A DNA stretch of 32,000 bases from Cupriavidus necator (GTDB lineage Bacteria; Pseudomonadota; Gammaproteobacteria; Burkholderiales; Burkholderiaceae), in assembly GCF_016127575.1 (NCBI RefSeq), contig NZ_CP066019.1, positions 2,520,001 to 2,552,000 on the forward strand, read 5' to 3'. Below the pieces are notes generated by a model. That model did no database searches, was not told the DNA's origin, and saw nothing but the letters and a program-made list of their open reading frames with translations. How positions within the stretch are numbered: position 1 is the stretch's first letter; every line of letters starts with the position of its first letter. A program made the translations under genes and the position numbers. Positions 17,313 through 28,200 of this stretch are shown here, one piece after another.

Positions 17313-18591
17313 TGGATACTTGTCCTGGGTTGTTTCATGCCGGCAGCAGCGGGCATGGCAGGCACTGCCGGTGTTTCCTGCTGCGCATTGTTGGTCAGCA
17401 GCGCATTCACTCCCTGGACATCCGCCTCAGTCAGCGTGCCGGCCGCCGCCTTCAGCCGCATGCCTTGCAGGATAGTGTCGTAGCGTGCCTTTGCGAGATC
17501 ACGCTGCGCCGCAAAGAGTTGCTGCTCGGCATTGAGCACGTCGATGTTCACGCGCGTGCCGATCCGGTAGCCAATTTTGTTGGCATTGACCGAATCCAGG
17601 CTCGACGTGACCGCAGAAGTCAGCGCCTCGACCTGGGACAGGCCACTCGTCACACCACCATAGGCTTGCCGTGCCTGCGTCGCCGCCTGGCGTCGCGCCG
17701 CTTCCAGCTCCGCGCGCGACTTGTACCGATTGGCGATTGCCTCAGTCACGCGCGAGTTGACGGCGCCGCCCTGGTAGATCGGGATCGTCAGCTGCAGCCC
17801 GATGGTGCCGGACTTGACCCGGTTCTCGATGTCCGCGGGCGAGGTCATCGAACCTGAGGTGTAGTTGTTGCCATAGCCAGCCGTGAAGTCCAGTGTCGGC
17901 AGGTGCGCCGCGCGGTTCCTGGACACCTCTTTCTCGGCAACTTCGACCGCTGCCAACTGCGTGCGCACTTGCGGGTTGTTCTCCCGCGCGTGACCCATCC
18001 AGGCATTGACATCCTTCGGCTCGGGACCCGGCAGGGTCACGTCAGCCTTCAGGCCCGCTACAGGCTCGGGCAATGGCCCGACCAGCCGTTCGAGTTCCGC
18101 CTGCTTCGCCTCCTGATCGTTGAGCGCCTGCACCAGCTGCGAGCGCCCAAGGTCGTGGCGGGACTGCGACTCGTATACATCGGTAATGGTCGCCTCGCCC
18201 ACGTCGTAGCGACGCTTGGCAAGCACACGCTGCTGCTCCACTGCCCGCAATTGCGCCCTGGCAACTGTCACGCTGTCGCGCGCGGTCAGCAGATCGAAGT
18301 ACGCCTGCGAGGTGCGCAGGATCAGGTCGCTCTCGGCCTGGGCGAACTGTCCTGGCGATTGCCGTTGCCGTTCAGGTTGATCGAGGGCAGCACGCCGGCG
18401 CGAGCCTGCAGCAGCTTCTCGCGTCCGGCCTCCAGCGCGTAGCGTGATGCCTCGAAGGTTGGGTCGCCCCCCTGCGCCATCCTGTAGACCGACAGCAGGT
18501 CGATGGCGCTGGCCTGGCTCGGGACAAGAGCGCCGACCGCGGCCAGCGCAGCCACAGCAGCGCTGGTCAAATCATGCATGCGCACCATCAC
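17309..18591 (-). pseudogene. tolC: TolC-family outer-membrane channel, apparently internally deleted and frameshifted
   Basis: Two ORFs in different frames. ORF 18591..18322 carries a signal peptide plus DLLSVYRMAQGGDPTFEASRYALEAGREKLLQARAGVLPSINLNGNGNRQ, then runs out of frame to a stop. ORF 18271..17309 carries the rest of TolC. That second frame stays open and TolC-like upstream to about 18349 (QFAQAESDLILRTSQAYFDLLTARDSVTVARAQL). About 40 aa are missing at the junction near 18350-18357. Confidence 0.6.
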
Positions 18592-19925
18592 CGCTCCCGC
18601 AAGGCTTCATCCTTGTAGCGCATCAGCGGCGACAGGAAGTAGGAAATCATGCGGCGTTGGTCCACGCGGATATCCGCGGTCACGCTCATCCCCGGGGTCA
18701 ACGTCCCCTTGCGCCCATTGACTGAGTTCGGCGTGGCCATCGTGTCGAGCTTGATGCGCACAGGATAGATGGGGCCAAGCTTCTGATCATTGATGGCGTC
18801 GGTACCCACCCACTGCACTTCGCCCTCGATATATCCGAAGCGGGTGAAGTCAAAGGTTTCCACCTTGGTAATGACCCGCTGGCCGCGCTTCACGTAGCCG
18901 ATGTCCTTGTTCTGCACCTGAGCATCCACTTCCAGTGCAGTGTTCTCGGGCACCACGATCGCCACCGGCTGCGCCTGGGTCACCACGCCGCCAACGGTAG
19001 TCACCGCCAGTTGCTGGACGATGCCGTCGATCGGTGCGCGCAGCGTCTGCAGGTCACGCCGCATCGTTGCCTTGACCAGCTCCAGCTCGGCCGTGGCAGA
19101 CTTGCGGCTTTCCTCGGCCAGCTCTGCCGCATGCCGTGCGCTGAACTCTGCCACCGCCTGTGCGCGCTGCTGCTGCGCGGCGTTGAGGCCCGCGCCAGCT
19201 TCGGCCAGCCGGTTGGTCTGCAGAGCCAGTTCCTTCCTGAGGTTGATCAGCTCCAGCCGCGTCTCGATCAGGCCGGTTTCGGCGATATGCCCGGTCTTGA
19301 CGAGTTCCTCGCGCATGTCGTTCTTCTTGCTGACAAGCGGCAGGCTGGCGCGGATCTGCTCCAGACTGGCAGCGGCCCCTTCCCGGTCGGCACGCTTGCG
19401 GGCAATTTCAGCGTCGAGCGCCGCCAGCCTGGCGCGTTGTTCGGCCAGCGCGCTGGTGAGCAGCGCCTGCTGCGTCCGGGCGATATCCGCAGGCAAGCCT
19501 TCGACGGCCTGCATGGTGGGCTTGCCGTCGAGAAGCGCAGTCAGCCGTCGCACCCCGGCTACGGCCTCCCATTGATCGCGCTGCAGCCGGTCACGGTCTG
19601 CTGCAGTGGTGGTCGGGTCGAGTTCGACCAGGATGTCGCCAGCCTTGACCTTCTCACCGTCGCGCACATGGATCTCGCGTACGATGCCGGCTTCGAGCGG
19701 CTGCACCACCTTGGACTTGCCCGAGGGAATGACTTTTCCCTGCGCGGAGACCACCACGTCCATTTTCGCCATCGTGGCGTAGACCAGCGCAAGGACGGCC
19801 ATACCGCAGATACTGCCAGCGACGATCCGTGCCATGCGCGCGGGACGGCGGTTGGCGATGCCCATGGCGGCCGTGGCAAAGGCATCGGCTGCCGCTTGCT
19901 GGTCAGGCTTCATCGGCTCAGACAT
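18588..19925 (-). CDS. HlyD-family type I secretion periplasmic adaptor
   Basis: Lies in ORF 18588..19988. The ATG at 19925 gives MSEPMKPDQQ. One TM helix (IVAGSICGMAVLALVYA), a lipoyl-like motif (GKVIPSGKSKVVQPLEAGIVREIHVRDGEKVKAGDILVELD), a long coiled coil, and the C-terminal HlyD signature (GMSVTADIRVDQRRMISYFLSPL). It overlaps the hlyB-like stop by 8 nt. Confidence 0.9.
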   Translation of the reverse strand: MSEPMKPDQQAAADAFATAAMGIANRRPARMARIVAGSICGMAVLALVYATMAKMDVVVSAQGKVIPSGKSKVVQPLEAGIVREIHVRDGEKVKAGDILVELDPTTTAADRDRLQRDQWEAVAGVRRLTALLDGKPTMQAVEGLPADIARTQQALLTSALAEQRARLAALDAEIARKRADREGAAASLEQIRASLPLVSKKNDMREELVKTGHIAETGLIETRLELINLRKELALQTNRLAEAGAGLNAAQQQRAQAVAEFSARHAAELAEESRKSATAELELVKATMRRDLQTLRAPIDGIVQQLAVTTVGGVVTQAQPVAIVVPENTALEVDAQVQNKDIGYVKRGQRVITKVETFDFTRFGYIEGEVQWVGTDAINDQKLGPIYPVRIKLDTMATPNSVNGRKGTLTPGMSVTADIRVDQRRMISYFLSPLMRYKDEALRER

Positions 19926-22113
19926 GAGCGGCTCCCGGCAACGGTTGCACAGGGGCCTTGTGCTTGATAGTGAGGGTTTCCAGCACACGCGACGCCTCGA
20001 ACAAGGCGCGATACTTGCCCTCGCCAGTGATCAGGTCAGTGTGATGGCCTTGCTCGACCAGTTGCCCGCCATCGAGCACCAGGATGCGGTCGGCCAGGCG
20101 CAGCGTGGAGAGGCGGTGCGCGACGATAAAGACGGTGCGGCCCGCACAGATCTTCTCGAGGTTGTCGTGGATGACGCGCTCAGACTCGTAGTCCAGGCTG
20201 GCGGTGGCCTCATCGAGCAGCAGCAGGCGCGGGTTGGTCGCAAGCGCCCGCGCGATGGCGATGCGGGCGCGCTGGCCGCCCGACAGCAGGCTGCCGCGCT
20301 CACCGATCACGGTGTCGTAGCCTTGGGGCAAGGCATTGACAAAATCGTGTGCCCCGGCCAGCTTGGCGGCTGCCATCACGGCCTCCAGCGACAGGCCCGG
20401 ATCGGAGATGGCGATGTTGTCGCGCACCGACATGTTCATCAGCGCGGCGTCCTGCGACACCACGCCTACCTGGCTACGCAGCCAGGCTGTGTCCACCGTC
20501 GCCAGGTCGAGCCCGTCGATCGTGACCGTTCCACCAGTGGGTGAGTAGAGGCGCTGCAACTGGCGGATCAGCGTCGTCTTTCCGGCACCAGAAACGCCGA
20601 CAACGCCCACGACTTCCCCAGCGGGGATGGAAAAGGAGACATCCGACAGCACTTGGGCGCCGTCGGCCTGATAGGCAAAGCTCACCCGGTCGAAGCGGAC
20701 AAAGCCCTGAATCGCTGCCCGTTGGGTCTGGTCCGAAAGCTGGCCCGCCTCGGCCGGCGTATCCATGATGCCGCCCAGCCGCCTGACCGCCACGCGCATC
20801 TGCTGGAATTCCTGCCACAGCGACGAGAGCTTGATGATCGGTGCATTGACCCGGCCCGACAGCATGTTGAAAGCAATCAGCCCGCCCACGGTGAGGTTGC
20901 CGTCGATCACCTGCATGGCACCGACGCCCAGCAGCACCACGGTCAACACCTTGCTGGTCAGATTGATGACCTGGTTGGTCCAGTTGCCGGTATGGCCCGA
21001 TTCGAATGCGGCTACCGCGTAGCGCACCAGCCGGCTTTCCCAGCGGCGCTGCCAGTTGGCTTCAACGGCCTGACCCTTGAGGGTCTCCATCGCGCCGATG
21101 GTCTCCACCAGGAACGCCTGATTGTCGGCGCCCAGTGCGAACTTGTCTTCCAGCTTCTTGCGCAGGATCGGGCTGATCACATACGACGCACCAAAGAAGA
21201 TCGGCAGGAAGCAGATCACGATAATGGTCAGGAGCGGGCTGTAATAGAACATGACCGCCAGGAACACCAGCGCGAAGAACAGGTCCAGCCAGGCGGTCAG
21301 CGCCTGCCCGGTCAGGAAGTTGCGCGCCGTCTCCAGTTCGCGCATCGAAGCCATCACGTCACCGGCGCGGCGCGAGTTGAAGTACGACATCGGCAGGCGC
21401 ATCAGGTGCCGGAACAGGCGCGCGCCCAGTTCGACATCGACGCGATTGGTCGTATGGGTGAGCAGGTACTGGCGCAGGCCATTCAGCATCGCCTCGAACA
21501 GCGCCACGCCAGCCAGGGCCACCAGCATCACGACCAGCGTCGCCTGCGAGCGGTGGGCCAGCACCTTGTCGATCACGACCTGGAAGGCAAGCGGCGTCAC
21601 CAGTGCAAAGAGTTGCACGACGAACGATGCCAGCAAGACTTGGGTGAGTTCGGTTTTGTACTTCTTGATGGCCTGCCAGAACCATGCAAAGCCGAACGCC
21701 GAGGTGCCGGCATTGGCCGTGCCATCGGTCAGGGATGCCACGCTGCGGCCGGCTTCGATCCAGGTATTGGCGAACTCGCCGGCGAACGCCGCCGCTGGCA
21801 CTGCCTGCGGTGGCTGGTCCGGGTCCCGCTGCACGTGGACGACATCGGCATCCACCTTGCCGACCAGCACAACCCGGCCACTGCGGGTCAGGGCCAGCGC
21901 GGGCAATGCTGCGCGACGCAGCTTGTCCACCCCGCCCTCGACCAACCTGGCGTCGAAGCCAAGGTCATCCAGGCCCCACAGCAGCCGGCTGGCGTCAAAG
22001 TCATCACGCACGTCCCAGCGGCGTGCGAGGCCCTCGGGATCGGCCTTGACCTCATGCAGGCGCGCGAATACGGCAAGCATGCCAAGATTGGGCAGTGTTG
22101 GCTTCCGATTCAT
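19918..22113 (-). CDS. type I secretion ABC transporter (HlyB family) with N-terminal C39-like domain lacking the catalytic Cys
   Basis: 731-aa ORF with a six-TM exporter core. Walker A is GVSGAGKTTL, the ABC signature is LSGGQRARIAIARAL, Walker B is LLLLDEATASLD and the H-loop is IVAHRLST. The first ~125 aa (LAVFARLHEVKADPEGL...) resemble the C39-like domain and contain no cysteine. Confidence 0.95.
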   Translation of the reverse strand: MNRKPTLPNLGMLAVFARLHEVKADPEGLARRWDVRDDFDASRLLWGLDDLGFDARLVEGGVDKLRRAALPALALTRSGRVVLVGKVDADVVHVQRDPDQPPQAVPAAAFAGEFANTWIEAGRSVASLTDGTANAGTSAFGFAWFWQAIKKYKTELTQVLLASFVVQLFALVTPLAFQVVIDKVLAHRSQATLVVMLVALAGVALFEAMLNGLRQYLLTHTTNRVDVELGARLFRHLMRLPMSYFNSRRAGDVMASMRELETARNFLTGQALTAWLDLFFALVFLAVMFYYSPLLTIIVICFLPIFFGASYVISPILRKKLEDKFALGADNQAFLVETIGAMETLKGQAVEANWQRRWESRLVRYAVAAFESGHTGNWTNQVINLTSKVLTVVLLGVGAMQVIDGNLTVGGLIAFNMLSGRVNAPIIKLSSLWQEFQQMRVAVRRLGGIMDTPAEAGQLSDQTQRAAIQGFVRFDRVSFAYQADGAQVLSDVSFSIPAGEVVGVVGVSGAGKTTLIRQLQRLYSPTGGTVTIDGLDLATVDTAWLRSQVGVVSQDAALMNMSVRDNIAISDPGLSLEAVMAAAKLAGAHDFVNALPQGYDTVIGERGSLLSGGQRARIAIARALATNPRLLLLDEATASLDYESERVIHDNLEKICAGRTVFIVAHRLSTLRLADRILVLDGGQLVEQGHHTDLITGEGKYRALFEASRVLETLTIKHKAPVQPLPGAAHV

Positions 22114-22277
22114 GGCCGCCCCCGTGCCAGGGCCATCACAGCCCGAAGCAATGCATTCATCGTTCTATCCCATCGAAAAAATCAAGCGCTCCCGGCGGGT
22201 GGCGTGTTTCTCCCCCGCGGGATAGTTTTTATTGCCAGGCTCAGTGACTGCGGGCCTTCATATGCCGAATATCAAGG

Positions 22278-25200
22278 TCATGACGGTTGGCCCATGCCCA
22301 AGTCCACCGCGCTGGCCTGTGCGGCGCGGTCCATCATTTCGGCAAGGGTGTCCTCACGCGGAGGGACAAAGCCGCCAGGGGCCTGAGACCCATCGGCCGT
22401 CGTCAGCAGCTTGTTCCACTGGAGGCAACTCCATTGCACGGCTTCCGCGCTGTGCGGCGGATAGGGACAAGCTGAAGATGGCGTCTCGGCGGTGGCGAGC
22501 AGCTGTGCCACGGCGTCGGCGGCAAAGGCAGCATCGATCGGCTCGTTCGGCGCGATTCCCTGCTGGACCTCTTCCAGGTACAGGGCGAAGCCGGGCAGCG
22601 GCACATCCTTGCCAGCGAACATCACGTCTGCGGCCTCACTCTTGCTGCCATCGGTGTGCGTGACCTCCACCGTGCCGAACACGACGTTGCCATGATCGAG
22701 GTGGGCCTCGCCCTGTCGCTGGAGTGCGATGGAGGCAATGCCAGCCTGATCCAGTGTCTTGTGCTCGGCCTCGCTGAACTCGCCATTGCCATTGACGTCC
22801 TGCACTACCTTGAACTGGCTCCAGGCAGCGTCTTCCTTGCTGATCCTGCCGTCGCCATTGGTGTCGAAGGTGGCCAGCGCCTCAAGGTCTGTCTTCGTGC
22901 CGGGCGCGAAATTGGTCAGGCGCGTCTCTTCCACAATGATCTTGCCGTCGCCGTCGGCATCGAAGCCTAGTACGCCGTCGGTCGCGGCGGCCCATCCGAT
23001 TTGCTCAGGCTGGCCGTCATGATTCGCGTCGGCCCTGACGTTGGATTGATCCGCCGCTAGCAACTCCACGCCGTTGCCATTCAGGTCTATCACGAGGGGC
23101 GTGTAGCCGCCACTTGCATTGGTGCCCTTGTGGGTAGCGTTAATCACCACGTCCATGAATGCCCCCTGAGCATCGGCAATACGGATGGTGAAGGCGTCAG
23201 TACCGGTGTAAGGGTCTCCCGCATGGCTCTCGTACTGCCAGTTGGCATAGCGGCTGACGAGCTCACCTGAGTGTTCAAAGCCATATTCGGTTTCCCGATA
23301 GGTGTTGGCATAGGCGTAACCGTGTTGCGGCGCCTGAACAATCGATATGACAATGGCCGCTGTATCGCCATCTGGATCGTAGGCAATGATCCGGCCCGTT
23401 TCTCTTCGGGGATCATTGGCGGGGACAAGAACCCGATCTGACTCATAGCTTGCCCCCGCGAAAAAGTAGTCGCCATCCATCTGGTCTAGTGCCAGTGGCT
23501 TGAGCATGCCATTCTGATAGTGCGATGGTGTATAAGGCCGCCCGCCGGCATCAAACAGTTGGCCTTGCAAGTTCAGCGACAAGGCCAGTGCTTCGTCATA
23601 GACTGGCTGAAAGACAGGGCCATCACTGTATACATACTGCCCGGCAGAGCCCGCACCTGCACCCGGAGCAGCCTTGCCCACCACGACCGGCGGGCCGACG
23701 TAATACCCAAAGATGGCGCGACCATACTCGACGGACTCGATGATCGGCGCCTTGTTCACATGCTCAACATGCAGGAAGGCCGTGGCCCAGGTCTGCCCTC
23801 CGTAGGGATCGGACACCAGGTACTGAAAGGACGCTTGCCCATAGAAGTCGTGGTCAGGCGTGAACCGGACTTGGCCATCGGCCTGGATCTCGACCGTACC
23901 GTGCTGCGCATTGGCAACCTGGGTGACTGCGAGCGCGTCGCCATCCGGGTCCGCGTCATTGGCAAGAAATTGCGCCGTATTGATGACGAACGGCGTGTTC
24001 TCATAGCCCGAGAAGCCATCATCAACCGCGACCGGTGTCGTGTTGATCTTCTCCAGGTTGATGGTCGTGGTCGCCATGGCAAAGCCGCCTACACCATCCG
24101 AGATGGTGTAGGTGAAGTGGCCTTGTGCACCCGGGTAGCCGCCAAAGCCAGGCTCCGGCAGGAAGGTCACCGAGCCGTCCGCATTCAGTCGCACAGTGCC
24201 GTGCTCGGCCCCGGACACGCCCACAATGCGCAGATCGCCATGCGGGTTGTCGATGTCGAAGTCATCCGCCAACAAGGCCGCCGCGGTCAGCGTAATGGCC
24301 ACGCCCCTGCGTCCGTCCACGATATTGTCATTGGCGATCGGCGCATCATTGACTGGCGCCACGTGAATAGTCGCCGTCGCGGTCGAGACGCCCCCCACGC
24401 CATCGCTCACTTCATACGTGAAACTGGCATCACCAAAGAAATTTGGATCGGGCACAAAACGGATGGTCCCGTCCGGGTTCAGCGACACGGTACCGTGCGT
24501 GGCGCCGTTGACGCGGGTGATGGAAAGCGCCTCCGGTGGGTTGTCCACATCCGTATCATTGGCAAGCAGTGCGGCGACATCTATGGTCAGCGCGGTGTCC
24601 TCGTTGCTCGCAATCACATCGTCGCGCAGCCGCGGAGCATCATTGACGGGAGCCAAGTCAATGTCCACCCGCCCGGTGGTGATGGCGCCGTGCGGGTCCG
24701 ACACGGTGTATTCGAAGCTGGCGGCACCGAAGTAATCCGCTTCCGGGATAAAGGTGACGGCTCCGTCGGCATTCAGACGCACTTCGCCGTGCTGGGCGTT
24801 GCCGACCGCTACCAGCGTGAGCGTGGCTTGCGCATCGTCCACGTCCCGGTCATTGGCAAGCAAGCTGGCCGCGGTGAAGGCCGCTACCTCGTCCTCATTG
24901 CCACGGAAGTCCTCGCCAGTCACGATCGGCGCGTCATTGACCGGCGCCAGATCGACCGTGGCCATCGCCTCGGTATAGCCGCCCGCGCCGTCGTAGACGG
25001 TGTAGAAGAAGGTCGCGGTGCCGAAGAAGTCCTGCTCCGGCACGAAGCGGATCTGTCCTTCGGGGGTCAGCTCGACCGTGCCGTGCTGGCCGTTGCGCAC
25101 CGAGAACACGGTCAGGTCCGAGTGGGGGTTATCCACGTCCCAGTCGTTGGCCAGCAGCGTCGCCTGCTCGATCAGCAGTATGGTGTCCTCGTCGGTGGCG

Positions 25201-28200
25201 ACGGTTTCACCCGCCACCACCGGCACGTCATTGACGGGGCGGATTTCGAGGTTGACGGTAGCGGGCGTCAAGCCGCCGTTACCATCCGACACCCAGTAGA
25301 CAAAGCTGGCCGGCCCGAAGTAATCCTGGTCAGGCAGGAAGCGCACGTTGCCGTGGGCATCGAGGGCCACCAGGCCGTGCGTGGCATTCGAAACACGCAG
25401 GATGCTCAGCACGTCGCCGATGGTGGGCGTATCCACATCGAAATCGTTGGCAAGCAGCTGTCCCGAGGTGAACAGCAGGCCGGTATCTTCATCGAAAGCG
25501 GCCGTTTCACCGGCAGTGACCGGCGCATCATTGACCGGCGCAATGTCCAAGTAGACGCGGCCAGTCGCCTGCAGGCCATACTCATCCTCGACGGTGTAGC
25601 GGAAACGCGCCGGCCCCCAATAGTCTGGGTCAGGGGTGAACACAATGCGCTGGCTGCCGTCGGGCAGCAGTGTCAGGGTCACCGTGCCATTCTCGCCGCC
25701 GTAGACGTTGATCAGGCGCAGTGGCTGGGTCAGGACGTCGCGCGAGGTATCGTTGGCCAGCAGCACTGCCGCATCGATGGCATAGCGCGTGTCCTCGATG
25801 CCTGCGACCTGCTCATCGGCTACGTCCGGCGCGATGATCTGAATATCCTCGCCGTTCGGCCCAGCTGCCACGCGGCCGGGCGTTGTGGTCAGGATCGTAT
25901 CGTCACTTGCGGCATCGTAATTGACACCAACCGCCGGCACTGATCTGATCAGATCCAAAGTGACTTCGACTGGCGACCCGAGCGTTGCCTCGCTGCCAAC
26001 CGGGCGCGTCGCCGGTGGCAAGGCGTTGACTGGCACCTGTACAAAGGGCGGCTGAGCCACAGTCGGTTGCGGCTGGTCCGGCGAATCAACCGTCGTTCCA
26101 AGTTCCACCGGCAGGCGGCTGATGGTGTTGTTGCCGGTTGTATCGATAGCGGGGGCTGGCGCATCAGGCTGCCCGCCACCTTCTGCCGCGTTGGCAACGC
26201 CGGTCACGGCACCCGCCGCGACACCCAGCAGCGCGCCGGTGCCCGCAAACAGGCTGTCGCTGCTCTTGATCCACTGATCGCGGATCGCAGCGAAGGCATC
26301 AGTTGGGCTAGCTGGCGGAGCGCTGGTAACACGGCCGTCCGCCGGGCGCACCGTGTCAGTACGCTGCGCAGGCCTGCCGGGATTTGGGTCCTTCGAGGTC
26401 AGGCGGCTGTCATCCGGCTCGACACGGGTGGCAGTAGCCCGCCCGACCGGGGTCGTGCCCTCGCCATCAGCCACGCGGTCATCGCCAGCGACGATCGCGT
26501 CTTCGGCAAGCGTCTGCTCGTGCTGCTTGTCGCTGGCGGTTTTGATGCGACTGTCGCCTTCGGCAACTTGCATCTCAGCGCTGGCGTCTTCCAAGGCTAC
26601 GCCGCCATGGGTATGGCCAGCTTCGCCCGTGTAATCATGAGTGACGACGGCATTCAGGACCGTCTCGCCGCCTTCCTTCGCGTGCAGCATGCCGGCAAAG
26701 GCATCGAGCCGGCCATCGCCGTCCGTGTCCACAAACGCCACCTGATAGGCGTCGCCGCGCACATCCGCTGTCAGGTGGTGCTCGGTGACCATCATGACGC
26801 TGCCATCGGCGGCGCGCAGGACGGGTGGCGTGCTGGTGAAATCCAGGCTGGCGATACCCCGGTCGAGGAACGATGCGAACTCGCCCTGATCGGTCTGGCC
26901 GTTGCGGTTAACGTCCAGCCAGATGCCCAGGGCGGCAAAGGCCGGGTCGGAAGTGTCCAGCTTGCCGTCGTGGTTGACATCGAGCCATTGCACGCTGTTG
27001 CGGGCATGGGCGGCGGAGGCATCCGGGTCGTTGGTCAGGATCTCGTTCTGCCCGATCCTGCCATCGCCGTTCACATCGATGGAGAGGATGCCCTGGTTGG
27101 CGTTCACCCAGTCCGTCTGCTCGATGTAGCCGTCCAGATCGACGTTCTTGCCGATCCGGCCAGGGTTCACACCTGCAGGCAGTTCCGGCTTCAGGTCGAC
27201 CGTCAGCGCAGTAAAATGCTGGCGGATGCCGTCAGCGTCTGCCTCAGGCATGCCTGCGTCGGCCTTAGCCTCATGCCAATCCGGGCTGTGCAGTTGCAGG
27301 CCAGCTCGCGACCGGTTCTCTTCAATGCTGCCCGTTGCCGGAGCAGTGACGACGCCAGATTCGCGCATGTGGGCGAGCACCGATTCCGCTTCCCAGGCCG
27401 GGACGATGGCAGCGAACGCCTGCTGCATGAACTGCTGCGCAATGGTCGCCTGGCTGGTGTCATAGCGCAAACCAGCGCCATCATAGTAGCGTCTCTGCTC
27501 CTGGCCGTTGTCGTCGATCCACTTGAGATACAGCTGACCGCCGTTATCGTTCAGGCGCGCCCCATCAGGATCGAAGAGATAGCCGATGGTCGGCAGGCGC
27601 TGTGGAATGATGGCGTAAAGTGGGTTGCCGTTGGCATCCACCTGCTGGGCAAGCGACACCTGCAGGGCGTCGATCAGGCTTTGCAGGATGTTGGCAGGCG
27701 TCGCGCCGCCGTCCTCGGCATCGGTGGTCTTGAGCACGTGAATGCTGCCGTCCGGATTCCACACAGCGGTGGCTTCACCTTCTAGCGTCGGAAGATCCTT
27801 TGCGGACAGCATTGAGCCGATCATTGTCACGGCGATAGCCGCGAAGGCAACAGGTGGGCAATAGGAGGTATAGCCTGCCACCGTCATGCCCGCAGCGATG
27901 GTACTCAGTGCCGCCCCGGCAACCTGATACTCATTGCCATCCTCGATGGCCATTACCAGCGTGACAATGCTTGCGACCAGCGCCAGCCCACCAGCAATCT
28001 GCCCTGTCGTCGCAGCGCTATCCAGCAGAGTGCCAGCGGATGCCGACTCAGCCTGGAATGCAACAATTCCTTGTTCCTTGAGCGCGTTGGCGTAGATGGC
28101 TGCCGCCTGGCTGCCGAGGTTGGTACTGGCAGCAGCGATGCCCAGTCCGTTGCCGTCTTGAATGGCGTTGAACAGGTTCAGGCCAGCAGCGAGGGCATTC

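Noticed and set aside
21739-22113. An active C39 bacteriocin-processing peptidase domain on the ABC exporter, which would imply a double-glycine leader peptide system
   Set aside because: The first ~125 residues contain no cysteine at all, so the catalytic Cys is absent. This fits the inactive C39-like domain of HlyB-type exporters. I also saw no small GG-leader peptide gene nearby.
23745-25826. A regularly spaced repeated motif that could be mistaken for a CRISPR or other non-coding array
   Set aside because: The period is ~297 bp, not 28-37-bp repeats with spacers. All copies are in frame within one ORF and encode a recognisable cadherin-like domain.
20653-27785. Long plus-strand ORFs 20653..22386, 23520..25943 and 26067..27785
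   Set aside because: They are antisense to the ABC exporter and the giant substrate gene. The translations are Arg/His/Gly/Asp-rich and simply mirror the periodicity of the coding-strand repeats.
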